From: Candidatus Woesearchaeota archaeon
GTDB lineage: Archaea > Nanobdellota > Nanobdellia > Pacearchaeales > GW2011-AR1
NCBI GenBank assembly: GCA_964366325.1
Contig: CAYITD010000001.1
Span: forward strand, 41,922 to 105,921
DNA length: 64,000 nt
Direction of reading: 5' to 3'
The notes below the pieces were generated by a model. The model was given only the letters and a program-made list of their open reading frames with translations. It searched no databases and had not been told where the DNA came from. Each line of letters begins with the position of its first letter. The first letter of the stretch is position 1. The translations under genes were made by a program, and so were the position numbers. Shown here piece by piece: positions 8,455 through 17,624 of the stretch.

Positions 8455-8733
8455 TTAAACAAAGCTAAACAAACCCTTTCCAATTAATAGAAATGTAAAA
8501 AGCCATAATAAAAATATAGGTAAATTAAGAAATAAAGATATCAGTAGCATTAGTCCTGAGATTAAATCTATAAAACTTAGAAAGTCACCAGTAAAAATAA
8601 ACAAGCTCTTTATAAAAAGCAAAACAATGCAAAAAATAAAGAATACAGGAAAAACTTTTACGCCAAAAATAATCATAAGAAAAGCTATTGCTGATACTAA
8701 GTCAATTCCTCCTAATATTTTCATTAAAAACAT
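8455..8733 (-). CDS. small hypothetical membrane protein (about 3 TM)
   Basis: This is a 92-aa, almost entirely hydrophobic ORF. The shared TATATAAA box at 8754-8765 lies about 25 nt upstream of its start. Confidence 0.5.
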   Translation of the reverse strand: MFLMKILGGIDLVSAIAFLMIIFGVKVFPVFFIFCIVLLFIKSLFIFTGDFLSFIDLISGLMLLISLFLNLPIFLLWLFTFLLIGKGLFSFV

Positions 8734-8753
8734 ATTCTCTTTTTTATGTAAAA

Positions 8754-8765
8754 CTATATAAATTT
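8754..8765. promoter_or_regulatory. bidirectional TATA-like box between divergent genes
   Basis: CTATATAAATTT lies about 25 nt from the minus-strand start at 8733 and about 29 nt from the plus-strand start at 8788. Confidence 0.45.
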
Positions 8766-8787
8766 AATCAATTTAAGATCCTATAAA

Positions 8788-9228
8788 ATGATACCTAAAA
8801 AACTAATGGAAGAAGTCACTTATTTCGGCGGACCTGCTTTTTATTTATTCATTTGCAGCCTTCTATTATTCCAAGGTAATTTTTTATTATTCAAACTGAC
8901 TTTTTTGAGTTTGATCCTAATTTATCTGATAACTTTTGCAATAAGGTTTATTTATTATAAGCCTCGCCCAAAAAAACAAAGTCATAAGAATCTTTTAGAA
9001 AAATTAGATGCTTCATCTTTTCCAAGTATGCATTCAGCAAGGATAACTTTGTTATGCCTAATCTTCACTAGTGTTTATCTAAACTTATACTCTGTCCTGC
9101 TTTCTGCCTTGCTTATTTTATTAGTATCTTACTCAAGAATTTATCTTAAAAAGCATTATTTCTCAGATTTAGTTGGAGGAGTTATCCTTGGAATTTTAGT
9201 TTACTTTTTCATGAATTATTTTAATTGA
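8788..9228 (+). CDS. PAP2-family phosphatase (polyprenyl/dolichyl-diphosphate or lipid phosphatase type)
   Basis: All three PAP2 motifs are present: YKPRP (KxxxxxxRP), FPSMHSA (PSGH) and SRIYLKKHYFSD (SRxxxxxHxxxD). Confidence 0.85.
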   Translation: MIPKKLMEEVTYFGGPAFYLFICSLLLFQGNFLLFKLTFLSLILIYLITFAIRFIYYKPRPKKQSHKNLLEKLDASSFPSMHSARITLLCLIFTSVYLNLYSVLLSALLILLVSYSRIYLKKHYFSDLVGGVILGILVYFFMNYFN

Positions 9229-9297
9229 CAAATTTTTGTGTTACATCATAAAAACATTCTTTTCAATAATTTTAAAACTAGTAAAAATATCATTTTG

Positions 9298-9396
9298 TTG
9301 CTCGAACTGAGTTCAACAATCCGCATATTGCTGCGACAGTCTCAGTTTGAGGCTTAAAAATACCACTAGCAGCTTGCTGTAATTGGGATTTTTATT
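9298..9396. repeat. dispersed intergenic element, long copy (hairpin plus T-tract)
   Basis: The 5' arm TTGCTCGAACTGAGTTCAACA and 3' arm CCAC..AGCTTGCTGT..TTTTTATT recur at 63262-63315. This copy contains an 11-bp stem CTCGAACTGAG/CTCAGTTTGAG with a 29-nt loop. Confidence 0.6.
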
Positions 9397-9500
9397 GTAT
9401 TATTTAATCTCTGAAAGTTCAGCTAATGTCAGGGAATTTGACAAGCAATGATTATCATTTCAAATACAAATTTTTTTAAATACAAATATAATTTAATATT

Positions 9501-10493
9501 GTGCATAAAGAAAGAATAATAGTTACGGGTGGAGCAGGTTTTATAGGAAGCAATTTTATAAACTACATGGTTAAGAAGTATGCTGATTATTTGTTTATTA
9601 ACGTAGACAAACTTACATACTCCGGAAATTTAAACAATTTGAAAGAATTAGAATACGCCAAAAACTATCAGTTCATTAAGGCTGACATATGTGAGTCTGA
9701 AGAAATGTCTAAAATACTCAAAGAAGGAGATATATTAGTCAACTTTGCAGCAGAGTCACACGTGGATAACTCTCTTCTGGATCCCTATATATTCATAAAA
9801 ACAAACGTAGTCGGAACTCAAAACCTGCTTGATATCTCTAGAAAAAGTAAAGTTAAAAAATTTATACAAATATCAACAGATGAGGTTTATGGCTCTTTAA
9901 GCTTTGATGCGCAATCATCCAAAGAGAACCACATTTTAAAGCCTTCATCTCCTTATAGCGCTTCAAAGGCTGCGGCAGAAATGTTATGTTTGGCTGCAGT
10001 CCACACACATAATCAATTTATAACTATCACGCGTTCATCCAACAACTTCGGCCCATATCAATTTCCAGAGAAAGTAATACCTCTTTTTGTAACAAATTTA
10101 ATTCTAGGTAAGAAAGTACCGCTTTATGGGTCTGGGAAAAATGTAAGAGACTGGCTCTTTGTTTTAGACAATTGCGAGGCTATAGATATGATAATTCATA
10201 AAGGAAATTCAGGAGAGGTTTACAATATTGGAGGCGGAAACGAAGTGCAAAATATTGATTTAACAAACAAGATATTGATAAAGATGGGCAAAGATCATTC
10301 ATCCATAGAGTATGTTGAAGATAGAAAAGGACACGATTTGCGTTACTCTATAGACTGTCTAAAGATAAAATCTTTAGGTTGGACACCAAAGCATAATTTC
10401 GATAGTGCTCTTGAGAAAACAATTAATTGGTACAAGGAAAATGTTTGGTGGTGGGAACCTTTAAAAAATACAAAAGGAAAAAGAACCTCATGA
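9501..10493 (+). CDS. rfbB: dTDP-glucose 4,6-dehydratase
   Basis: It has VTGGAGFIGSNF, ISTDEVYG, the YSASK catalytic motif and a C-terminal NIDW-YKEN..WW-like tail. The start codon is GTG. Confidence 0.9.
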   Translation: MHKERIIVTGGAGFIGSNFINYMVKKYADYLFINVDKLTYSGNLNNLKELEYAKNYQFIKADICESEEMSKILKEGDILVNFAAESHVDNSLLDPYIFIKTNVVGTQNLLDISRKSKVKKFIQISTDEVYGSLSFDAQSSKENHILKPSSPYSASKAAAEMLCLAAVHTHNQFITITRSSNNFGPYQFPEKVIPLFVTNLILGKKVPLYGSGKNVRDWLFVLDNCEAIDMIIHKGNSGEVYNIGGGNEVQNIDLTNKILIKMGKDHSSIEYVEDRKGHDLRYSIDCLKIKSLGWTPKHNFDSALEKTINWYKENVWWWEPLKNTKGKRTS

Positions 10494-10638
10494 GAAATAG
10501 ATATTTAGTTTTAGGAAATAGATTGATTGGGCAAGAAATTTATCTAGAAAATCTAGGGATAGAAATTCAGAGTATCAAAGTGACTGTCAGAAGAGGCATA
10601 CAAAGTTATTTAAGTTCGAGTCTTCAAGAGGAAGCAAC

Positions 10639-11499
10639 ATGAAGGGAATAATTTTAGCAGGAGGTTCAGGAACGAGATTGCATCCAATAACGCATGTTAT
10701 AAGCAAGCAGATAATTCCTGTTTATGACAAACCAATGATATACTATCCTCTGTCAACTTTAATGCTTACAGGCATAAGAGAGATTTTGATAATCTCAACA
10801 CCCTATGATTTGCCACTATTCAAAAAACTTTTAGGAGATGGTTCACATCTAGGGATGCATTTTGAATATGCAGAGCAACCTTCTCCAAAAGGAATAGCTC
10901 AGGCGTTTATAATAGGTGAGCAATTTATAGGCAATGATAATGTTGCTTTGATACTTGGAGACAACTTGTTCTATGGCACAGGTCTAGGGAGAAAATTAGA
11001 AGAACTTCCTAGGATGGACAAAGCTTTAATATTTGCTTATTCGGTTTCAAATCCAGAAGGCTACGGAGTTGTTGAGTTTGATGAAAATTATAACGCAATC
11101 TCAATAGAGGAAAAACCAAAGCAGCCCAAATCAAATTATGCTGTTCCAGGGCTTTATTTTTATGATAATAAAGTAATAAATATAGCAAAATCATTAAAGC
11201 CAAGCGCAAGAGGAGAACTAGAAATAACTGATGTAAATAAAGAATATCTTAAAAGGGGAAATTTAAAAGTATCAGTTTTAGGCAGAGGAACAGCGTGGCT
11301 TGACACGGGTAGTTTTGACAGTCTTATCCAAGCTTCACAGTTTGTTCAGATAATTGAAAAGAGACAAGGCCTAAAAATAGGATGCATAGAGGAGATTGCC
11401 TATAGAAAAGGTTTCATTTCAAAAGAGCAGTTAAATGAATTAGCGGAAAAATTGATGAACAGTGGTTATGGTAAATATTTACTTTCAGTAATAGTTTAA
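10639..11499 (+). CDS. rfbA: glucose-1-phosphate thymidylyltransferase
   Basis: It has [47 protein letters not shown] and GTAWLDTG. Confidence 0.9.
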   Translation: MKGIILAGGSGTRLHPITHVISKQIIPVYDKPMIYYPLSTLMLTGIREILIISTPYDLPLFKKLLGDGSHLGMHFEYAEQPSPKGIAQAFIIGEQFIGNDNVALILGDNLFYGTGLGRKLEELPRMDKALIFAYSVSNPEGYGVVEFDENYNAISIEEKPKQPKSNYAVPGLYFYDNKVINIAKSLKPSARGELEITDVNKEYLKRGNLKVSVLGRGTAWLDTGSFDSLIQASQFVQIIEKRQGLKIGCIEEIAYRKGFISKEQLNELAEKLMNSGYGKYLLSVIV

Positions 11500-11517
11500 C
11501 AAAAAATATGTCCTCCT

Positions 11518-12525
11518 CTATTTTTTAATCTGCTTAAAATGATCATTCTTAATTTCTTTATAATTTCGAAGAGCCTTAATTAATTGTCCAGGAAATACAG
11601 ATATTCTCTCTAGAAATTTTTTGTGAAAATGAACGTTTAAAAATCCATGTTTTGCAGAAGTATCTTTTCTAGTCATAATTGCACGAAGCAGCTGTCTTGG
11701 CGGACTAAGTATCTTTTCTTTAAAGTTTCCATGTCTAAAGTTAAATATCATCTGACCATATATTTGTTCCTTAAATAAAAAGGTTTTTGTAAAGTTAGAA
11801 GTGTAGGAAAAACTCCCAAAATGAATTGATTTTGAAAGACCACAAAAAACAACTTTAAAACCTGCTTTTCTGCTTCTTAAACAAAAATCAATATCATCAG
11901 GACCATAAAAAAAGTTTTCATCAAGTCCGCGCACTTTTCCAATAACATTTTTTTTAATGAGCATATTTCCTCCAGGAACTGCATCGGCCTCGATCACAAA
12001 ATCATATTGGCCTTGATCTTTGCTGTACTTCTCATCATACCATCTCTTTCGTTCAGGATAATCCTTTGAGAAAAAAAGAGATTGAAGTCTATTTTGATAA
12101 TCAATAAGTTTATTTGCACATATTCCAAGATTTTTATCTTTCTCAAGTTCTTTAACCATTAAAGTTAGCCAACCTCCTTGAATAGTTATTATATCATTAT
12201 TCATATCGCAAATGTAATCAGGTTTATAATTTTTAAAAGCATAAGACCATCCAGTGTTAGTTCCTTTGGTAAACCCTATATTTTCTTTTAAACAAAGAAC
12301 ATCTATTTGTTTATATTTATTTTTTATTTTTTCATGACTGGAGTCTTTAGAACCATTATCTACAAGGATTATTTTATAATTTTTGTAAGTGGTCTTTTTA
12401 ATAAGTGAGCTGACACATTTCAAAACTTTTTCTCCACCATTCCAATTAGTTATAATTATACAAACAAAAGGCTCTTCTTTTTTCATCTTTATACCGTTTG
12501 TTTTCCAGTTAAAAAACCTTTCCAA
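11518..12525 (-). CDS. glycosyltransferase family 2
   Basis: It has VCIIITNWNG...VDNGSKDSS, and the DxD region GPDDIDFCLRSRKAGFKV. Confidence 0.8.
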   Translation of the reverse strand: MERFFNWKTNGIKMKKEEPFVCIIITNWNGGEKVLKCVSSLIKKTTYKNYKIILVDNGSKDSSHEKIKNKYKQIDVLCLKENIGFTKGTNTGWSYAFKNYKPDYICDMNNDIITIQGGWLTLMVKELEKDKNLGICANKLIDYQNRLQSLFFSKDYPERKRWYDEKYSKDQGQYDFVIEADAVPGGNMLIKKNVIGKVRGLDENFFYGPDDIDFCLRSRKAGFKVVFCGLSKSIHFGSFSYTSNFTKTFLFKEQIYGQMIFNFRHGNFKEKILSPPRQLLRAIMTRKDTSAKHGFLNVHFHKKFLERISVFPGQLIKALRNYKEIKNDHFKQIKK

Positions 12526-13289
12526 AACCCAAACATATAATAGAAATGATCAATAATAGAGGTGATGATATATAAAGAAAATAAAAATCTTCCTTTAGAG
12601 AAAGGGTAACTTAAACCATAAATTATAATCCCAATAAGAGGCATTGCTTTTATTATTCCAACATACCAACGAGTCATTCTTATACCGTGAATTCTTACTA
12701 GCGCACCATATCCATTAGCATATTGATAGTTTTTCCTCAATCTATTTTTAAAATTAGTAGAATGATAATGAATTACTTTAGCGTTTGGATAAGCAATTTT
12801 TCCTAAATCTTTAATTTTTATATATGCATCATAATCCTCTCCAGCCGTTCTAAAATTCTTTTCATCAAACCAATCAATAGATTTCATAATCTTTTTTCTA
12901 TATGCGCTGCCTTTTCCATCGAGTGTAGGAGTTATTGTTCCTGCTTCTTTAATCATAATCGCTTTTGTTAAGAGGCTAAAATTATCCCAAATTTCATCGG
13001 GAAGTTGCACTTTAGATACAGATGCAATTACTCTTTTGTCTTTTAAAGGATATACAAGTTTTTTTAGCCAATATTTGTCTGCAGGAATACAGTCTTGTGG
13101 CAACATAACTACTATTTCATATTTAGACTTCTTCATTCCAATATTCATCTGAGCAGCTAAGCCTCTATTTTTATCTATTATAAGTAGTTCAAATTTATTA
13201 TCAAATTTCTGTTCTTTTACAGCTTTAATAATTCTAGCGAGAATCTTTTTATCTGGGTTATAAATAGGCATTACAATAGACACATTCAT
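12489..13289 (-). CDS. glycosyltransferase family 2 with C-terminal TM segments
   Basis: It has VSIVMPIYNPDKKIL...AVKEQKF and AGEDYD. It overlaps the downstream GT2 gene by 37 nt. Confidence 0.7.
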   Translation of the reverse strand: MNVSIVMPIYNPDKKILARIIKAVKEQKFDNKFELLIIDKNRGLAAQMNIGMKKSKYEIVVMLPQDCIPADKYWLKKLVYPLKDKRVIASVSKVQLPDEIWDNFSLLTKAIMIKEAGTITPTLDGKGSAYRKKIMKSIDWFDEKNFRTAGEDYDAYIKIKDLGKIAYPNAKVIHYHSTNFKNRLRKNYQYANGYGALVRIHGIRMTRWYVGIIKAMPLIGIIIYGLSYPFSKGRFLFSLYIITSIIDHFYYMFGFWKGFLTGKQTV

Positions 13290-13349
13290 ATTCTCTTAAC
13301 AGAGAAAGTGTTTAAATAACCTCTCTTCAATTAATAATATATATTAATA

Positions 13350-14555
13350 TTATCGTGTACGTGCTTCTAAAAATTCGTTCAATATGCGATAATAATCTTT
13401 CCTTTGATCTTCAGGCATACCCCAAGAAGGAACAAATAGAGCTCTTTCTTCTATACAATCGCCAATTGGGAAACTATTTCCATAAAGAGAAAGCCACTCT
13501 GCTCTTCCAAAAGGTTTTTGTTTTGTAATATTTCCACACATTATAGGTCTTACCTCTACATTATTCTCTGCGAGATATTGAGCAAAGTCAGACCTATTAA
13601 AAGAAGAACCGCCTTTAATAGCCAAAGGATATGAAAACCAGCTGGGGTCCGATTTTGAATGGGTTTGAGGAAGATGAAAAATTCCATATTGCTGGAACAG
13701 TTCTGTCATTTCATTAAATTGTTTTTTTCTCTCTTCAACAAATTTGGGCAATCTGTCAATTTGTTTTAATCCAAATGCAGCTTGCAAAGCAGTCATCTGA
13801 CTATCTGTGCCGAGTGTTTTGTATTCATATCTTTTTAAAAAATCATCGTTTGAGTGACTAAAATCCCTTCCCCAGAAAATCAAACTTTTAAGAATACGGC
13901 CTAGATCGCCATCTTTCGTCGCCACCGCGCCACCTACTCCCCCAGTAGTAATATGATGAGATCCATAAAAACTATACGCAGCCACATCTCCATATGAGCC
14001 TACGTGTTTGCCACTATATTTACTTCCTAATGTATCGCAACAATCTTCTAGGAGAAATCTCGATTCTCCTAAACTTTCTAAAATCCCTTCTAAATCTGAG
14101 ACATTTCCTAATAAGTGTGGTAAAATCATTCCCTTTATATCAGGGTATTTTCTTACAGCCGCAGACACTTGTTCTGGGTCAGCAACATAGGTATGAGGTT
14201 CAGTTTCAATAAATACCGGAACTAAGCCTAAATTAATTGCTGAAGAAATGCTTGTTGCGAATGTAGTAACAGGATGAAGGACCTTATCTCCAGGCATCCA
14301 ACGACCAGAGTGCTTTAAAGCTAATAAGCCATTTTCTATAGCCGCTGAGCCGCTATTTGTTAGATGAACGTGTGGAATTCCTGTGAAGTCAGACAACTTG
14401 CCTTCAAGCCTTTTATTTGGGTCTCCATATCCAAACCAATCACTTTGAAACACACTCTCTAAGGCTTGCTTTTCCTCTTCCCCCCATTGAATTCTATTCA
14501 TAAGATGAGGGTCTCCAGCTTTTTCCCACTTTTTCCAAGATAGTCTTTCAGTCAC
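13350..14555 (-). CDS. PLP/PMP-dependent NDP-4-keto-6-deoxyhexose 3-dehydratase (ColD/RfbH-E1/SpnQ branch of the DegT family)
   Basis: It has the DegT-family fold motifs. At the Schiff-base position the sequence reads YSFYGSHHITTGGVGG, with His where aminotransferases carry Lys, as in ColD (SFYSHHI.T.EGG). EVRPIMCGN is also present. The start is GTG, with TTTTAAATA (minus-strand sense TATTTAAAA) 25 nt upstream. Confidence 0.7.
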   Translation of the reverse strand: MTERLSWKKWEKAGDPHLMNRIQWGEEEKQALESVFQSDWFGYGDPNKRLEGKLSDFTGIPHVHLTNSGSAAIENGLLALKHSGRWMPGDKVLHPVTTFATSISSAINLGLVPVFIETEPHTYVADPEQVSAAVRKYPDIKGMILPHLLGNVSDLEGILESLGESRFLLEDCCDTLGSKYSGKHVGSYGDVAAYSFYGSHHITTGGVGGAVATKDGDLGRILKSLIFWGRDFSHSNDDFLKRYEYKTLGTDSQMTALQAAFGLKQIDRLPKFVEERKKQFNEMTELFQQYGIFHLPQTHSKSDPSWFSYPLAIKGGSSFNRSDFAQYLAENNVEVRPIMCGNITKQKPFGRAEWLSLYGNSFPIGDCIEERALFVPSWGMPEDQRKDYYRILNEFLEARTR

Positions 14556-14575
14556 ATGAACTCATTCCTAAAGTC

Positions 14576-14584
14576 TTTTAAATA
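14576..14584 (-). promoter_or_regulatory. TATA-like box for the 3-dehydratase gene
   Basis: TATTTAAAA on the minus strand is centred about 25 nt upstream of the GTG at 14555. Confidence 0.45.
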
Positions 14585-14877
14585 GTTTATGTCATTAGAA
14601 AACATATTGTAGCCTATAATAATTATTACAACTTCTCTAAAACATTATTTCTATCTTTACTTTACCAGTTAATAATAAAACAACAATTTAAATCTATAAA
14701 TAGGAGCAAGAAAATTCTTCATGGATGAATCTGCACTATATTTTGGATCCCAGAAGAATAAATAGAGAAACAGTGAGATTTGTAAATCACAACTTTAATT
14801 AACACTTTGAACAAGTCAAAACTCAATAGACTATTAATCTGAGGTTTAAGATTTACACATAACTGTGGTGTCAACTA

Positions 14878-15735
14878 TTAAAACAACACAGGAGTCACGA
14901 ACACTTCCAGCAAAGCAGCAAGGAACAATACTACGATTGCAAGAATAATCAAGTTTAAAGAGTCCTGTAGAACTTCCCAGAATTTTTCAGTACCTATTTC
15001 ATGTCTTATTACAGCAACAGAAACTATTCCTCCGGCAAGTGCAACTATAAAGTAAGCAGCTATCTCAGGCAGACCATGAATAAAAAACCGCCCTATAGCC
15101 AAAGGCAAAGCTGACAGCTTATATCCTGAAAAGATGCTCATTGCAGCACCTATAACTGTTGCGTTCCAAGCCAAGACAAATATCGCTCCTGCTCCAAATA
15201 TCAGAGAAAAAACCAAGGTAAAAAGAAGAACATAAATATTGTTTGTAAATATTAAAAATAATCTTTCTTTTGTGGTTAAAGAGGGAGTTATCAAAGATAC
15301 GCCCTTTATGCCATATTGAGTTACACATTCGTTAAAATTTGAAGGCTTATTTATCATGCAATATGTTTCTATCTGGGTGTTAAAGCTGCTAGTAGTCGGC
15401 AAAACACTATACCATACAGAAAAAGCTATGCTGAACCCAATGAAAAGCCACAGAAAACAAAATATTGCATGCCTATGTTCTTCCAGCAAAGCCAGATATC
15501 CTTGACCTCTCCTTATCTTTTTCTCTTCCAATCTCAAAGTATAATAAATAAAAGGAAGAGAGAATATGACTGTAAATAACACAACTAAAATTCCAGAATG
15601 CTTAACCAAAACACTATCCTTTGAAAAAACCCAAGTCACAAGAAGAACAGATAAACTAGCATACAAAAACCCTACAAAAAACATCTCCCATGGATGCCTT
15701 TCAGCTTTCTTTGGGTTAATAAGCATCTCTAACAT
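14878..15735 (-). CDS. SpoIIM/DUF95-family integral membrane protein
   Basis: It is a multi-TM protein. The C-terminal FIHGLPEIAAYFIVALAGG motif is typical of the stage II sporulation protein M family. Confidence 0.55.
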   Translation of the reverse strand: MLEMLINPKKAERHPWEMFFVGFLYASLSVLLVTWVFSKDSVLVKHSGILVVLFTVIFSLPFIYYTLRLEEKKIRRGQGYLALLEEHRHAIFCFLWLFIGFSIAFSVWYSVLPTTSSFNTQIETYCMINKPSNFNECVTQYGIKGVSLITPSLTTKERLFLIFTNNIYVLLFTLVFSLIFGAGAIFVLAWNATVIGAAMSIFSGYKLSALPLAIGRFFIHGLPEIAAYFIVALAGGIVSVAVIRHEIGTEKFWEVLQDSLNLIILAIVVLFLAALLEVFVTPVLF

Positions 15736-15780
15736 TATGTGTCACCTTTAAGACTACTTATCCTAATAGTTTAAATAGTT

Positions 15781-16251
15781 TTGTCTGTTTTTATTAAAGT
15801 GTTAGTCAAAGAAGAGGTTTTAATCGCATCAGACCACGCAGGTTTCAAGACAAAGGAAAAGCTAAAATCATTTCTAGAAAAACTAAATATACAATACAAA
15901 GACCTTGGTCCATTTTCTTTCAAAAAAGAAGACGACTATCCAGACTATGCTTTCAAGCTTGCAGAAGCAGTTGTAAAAAATAACTCTAAAGGCCTACTAC
16001 TTTGCGGTTCTGGTTCTGGAATGTCGATAGCTGCAAACAAAGTAAAAGGGGCAAGAGCAGTACAAATATACGATTCCTATTCAGCCAGAACTTCAAGAGC
16101 AGATAACAATGCAAACATCGCCTGTCTTCGTTCAAGGAATTTTTCATTTGAAAAGGTAAAACAATTAATAAAAACCTGGCTCAGCACAGAATTCAGCAAA
16201 GAAAAAAGGCATATAAGAAGAATAAATAAAATACACAATTTTGAAAAATAA
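15781..16251 (+). CDS. rpiB: ribose-5-phosphate isomerase B (RpiB/LacAB family)
   Basis: It has ASDHAGFKTKE, DYPDYA and LLCGSGSGMSIAANKVKGARA. GTG at 15799 is the more likely start, because the TATA-like box GTTTAAATAG at 15769-15778 lies 25 nt upstream of it. Confidence 0.85.
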   Translation: MSVFIKVLVKEEVLIASDHAGFKTKEKLKSFLEKLNIQYKDLGPFSFKKEDDYPDYAFKLAEAVVKNNSKGLLLCGSGSGMSIAANKVKGARAVQIYDSYSARTSRADNNANIACLRSRNFSFEKVKQLIKTWLSTEFSKEKRHIRRINKIHNFEK

Positions 16252-16294
16252 ATAACTAGAAAAGTATATATACTAGTGATACACAAGTATATAC

Positions 16295-16510
16295 ATGGCA
16301 GTTCAAGTAAATTTAAAGAGATGGGGTAATTCCTTAGCTGTGATAGTTCCAAGTAAAATAATAGAAGAAAAAAATTTAAAGGAGAATGATGCAATATTTG
16401 TTGAAGTTGTTAAAAAAGCAGATCTTTCTAAAATCTTCGGTACAATTAAGAAAAGGAAAATGACCGGACAAGAATTTAAAGATATGGTTAGAGAAGGATG
16501 GAGCAAATAA
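16295..16510 (+). CDS. vapB: AbrB/SpoVT-fold antitoxin (VapB/MazE-like)
   Basis: VNLKRWGNSLAVIVPSKIIEEKNLKENDAIFVEV is a swapped-hairpin AbrB-type motif. It overlaps the PIN gene by 13 nt. Confidence 0.7.
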   Translation: MAVQVNLKRWGNSLAVIVPSKIIEEKNLKENDAIFVEVVKKADLSKIFGTIKKRKMTGQEFKDMVREGWSK

Positions 16511-16875
16511 ATATTTTCTTTTTTGATAGTTACGCTTTATTTGAAATAGCAAACGGCAATCTAGCCTATGAACCTTATACAAAAAATGTATCGATAATAA
16601 CCACAAAGCTTAATTTGATGGAGTTGCATTATGGCTTGCTTAGAACAGAAGGAAAAGACAGAGCAGACGAACTATATGAAAAATATCTAGAATATACCAT
16701 TGAGTTTTCAGATGAGGATATAAAATTAGCAAATAAATTCAGGCTAGAACAAAAAAAACAGGATTTATCCTATATAGACTGTCTTGGGTATATCTTAGCA
16801 TGTAAAAGAGGAATAAAATTCCTAACAGGTGACTCAAAATTCAAGTATCTAGATAACGTAGAGTTCATGGAATAG
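16498..16875 (+). CDS. vapC: PIN-domain toxin (VapC-like)
   Basis: It has an N-terminal FFFDSYALFE acidic residue, mid-protein E/D residues and a C-terminal YIDCLGY. Size and pairing with an AbrB antitoxin fit VapC. Confidence 0.7.
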   Translation: MEQINIFFFDSYALFEIANGNLAYEPYTKNVSIITTKLNLMELHYGLLRTEGKDRADELYEKYLEYTIEFSDEDIKLANKFRLEQKKQDLSYIDCLGYILACKRGIKFLTGDSKFKYLDNVEFME

Positions 16876-16934
16876 CTTTTAAATGAAAGAGTGAGAACAT
16901 TTATAGAGTTGATATCAATTATTAGGGGAGGTTA

Positions 16935-17585
16935 TTGTGTATAGGAAAAATGAAAATAATACCTACAGTCTTTGCAACATCAAAAAAAGAATTTATTTCT
17001 AAATTTAATACTTTAAAAGACATCTCAAGAGATTTGCAGATAGACTTAATGGATGGAAAATTTGTGAAGAACAAGTCAATTAATGTTTCTAGTATACCAA
17101 ATCTAAAAAAATACAAAAATAATTTTGAAGCTCACCTCATGGTTTTTCATGCCGAGAAATACCTTAAAAGTTTGAAGGAAAAAGGATTTAAAAAAATAAT
17201 CTTTCATTATGAATCCACAGAAAACAAAGATAAAATTATCGAATTAATTAAAAAAATCCAGAGTTTAAGTATGGATCCCTGTTTAGCTATAAATCCAGAA
17301 ACAAGTATCAAGGACATAGGGCAATTTCTAAACAAAATAAATGCAATCTTAGTAATGGGAGTTCATCCTGGGAAAGAACATCAGTCCATTATTCTTAATA
17401 CTTACAAAAAAATAAGAGAAATAAGAAAGTTAAATAAAAAAATAAGAATTCAGATAGATGGCGGTGTAAATGAAAAAACTGCTGGCAAATTAAAAAAATC
17501 AGGAGCAGTTATATTAAATTCAGGCTCATTTATTTCAGATTCGGCTAGTCCAAAAAAATCTCTTGAAAAACTAAGGAAAATCTAA
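16935..17585 (+). CDS. rpe: ribulose-phosphate 3-epimerase family protein (divergent)
   Basis: It has QIDLMDGKFVKN, AHLMV, IIFHYES, LVMGVHPGKEHQ and IQIDGGVN. The first metal-ligand His is replaced by Gln. ATG at 16950 (MKIIPTVFA) is the more likely start. Confidence 0.7.
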   Translation: MCIGKMKIIPTVFATSKKEFISKFNTLKDISRDLQIDLMDGKFVKNKSINVSSIPNLKKYKNNFEAHLMVFHAEKYLKSLKEKGFKKIIFHYESTENKDKIIELIKKIQSLSMDPCLAINPETSIKDIGQFLNKINAILVMGVHPGKEHQSIILNTYKKIREIRKLNKKIRIQIDGGVNEKTAGKLKKSGAVILNSGSFISDSASPKKSLEKLRKI

Positions 17586-17624
17586 AACCTATATCTTTTT
17601 AACAACAAAATTTTTAGAAGATAA

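Noticed and set aside
10427-10642. A 71-aa ORF overlapping the 3' end of rmlB, considered as an independent gene.
   Set aside because: Its first 21 codons overlap the well-supported RmlB C-terminus in another frame. Only the part after the rmlB stop is discussed, as a possible rmlD remnant rather than a functional gene.
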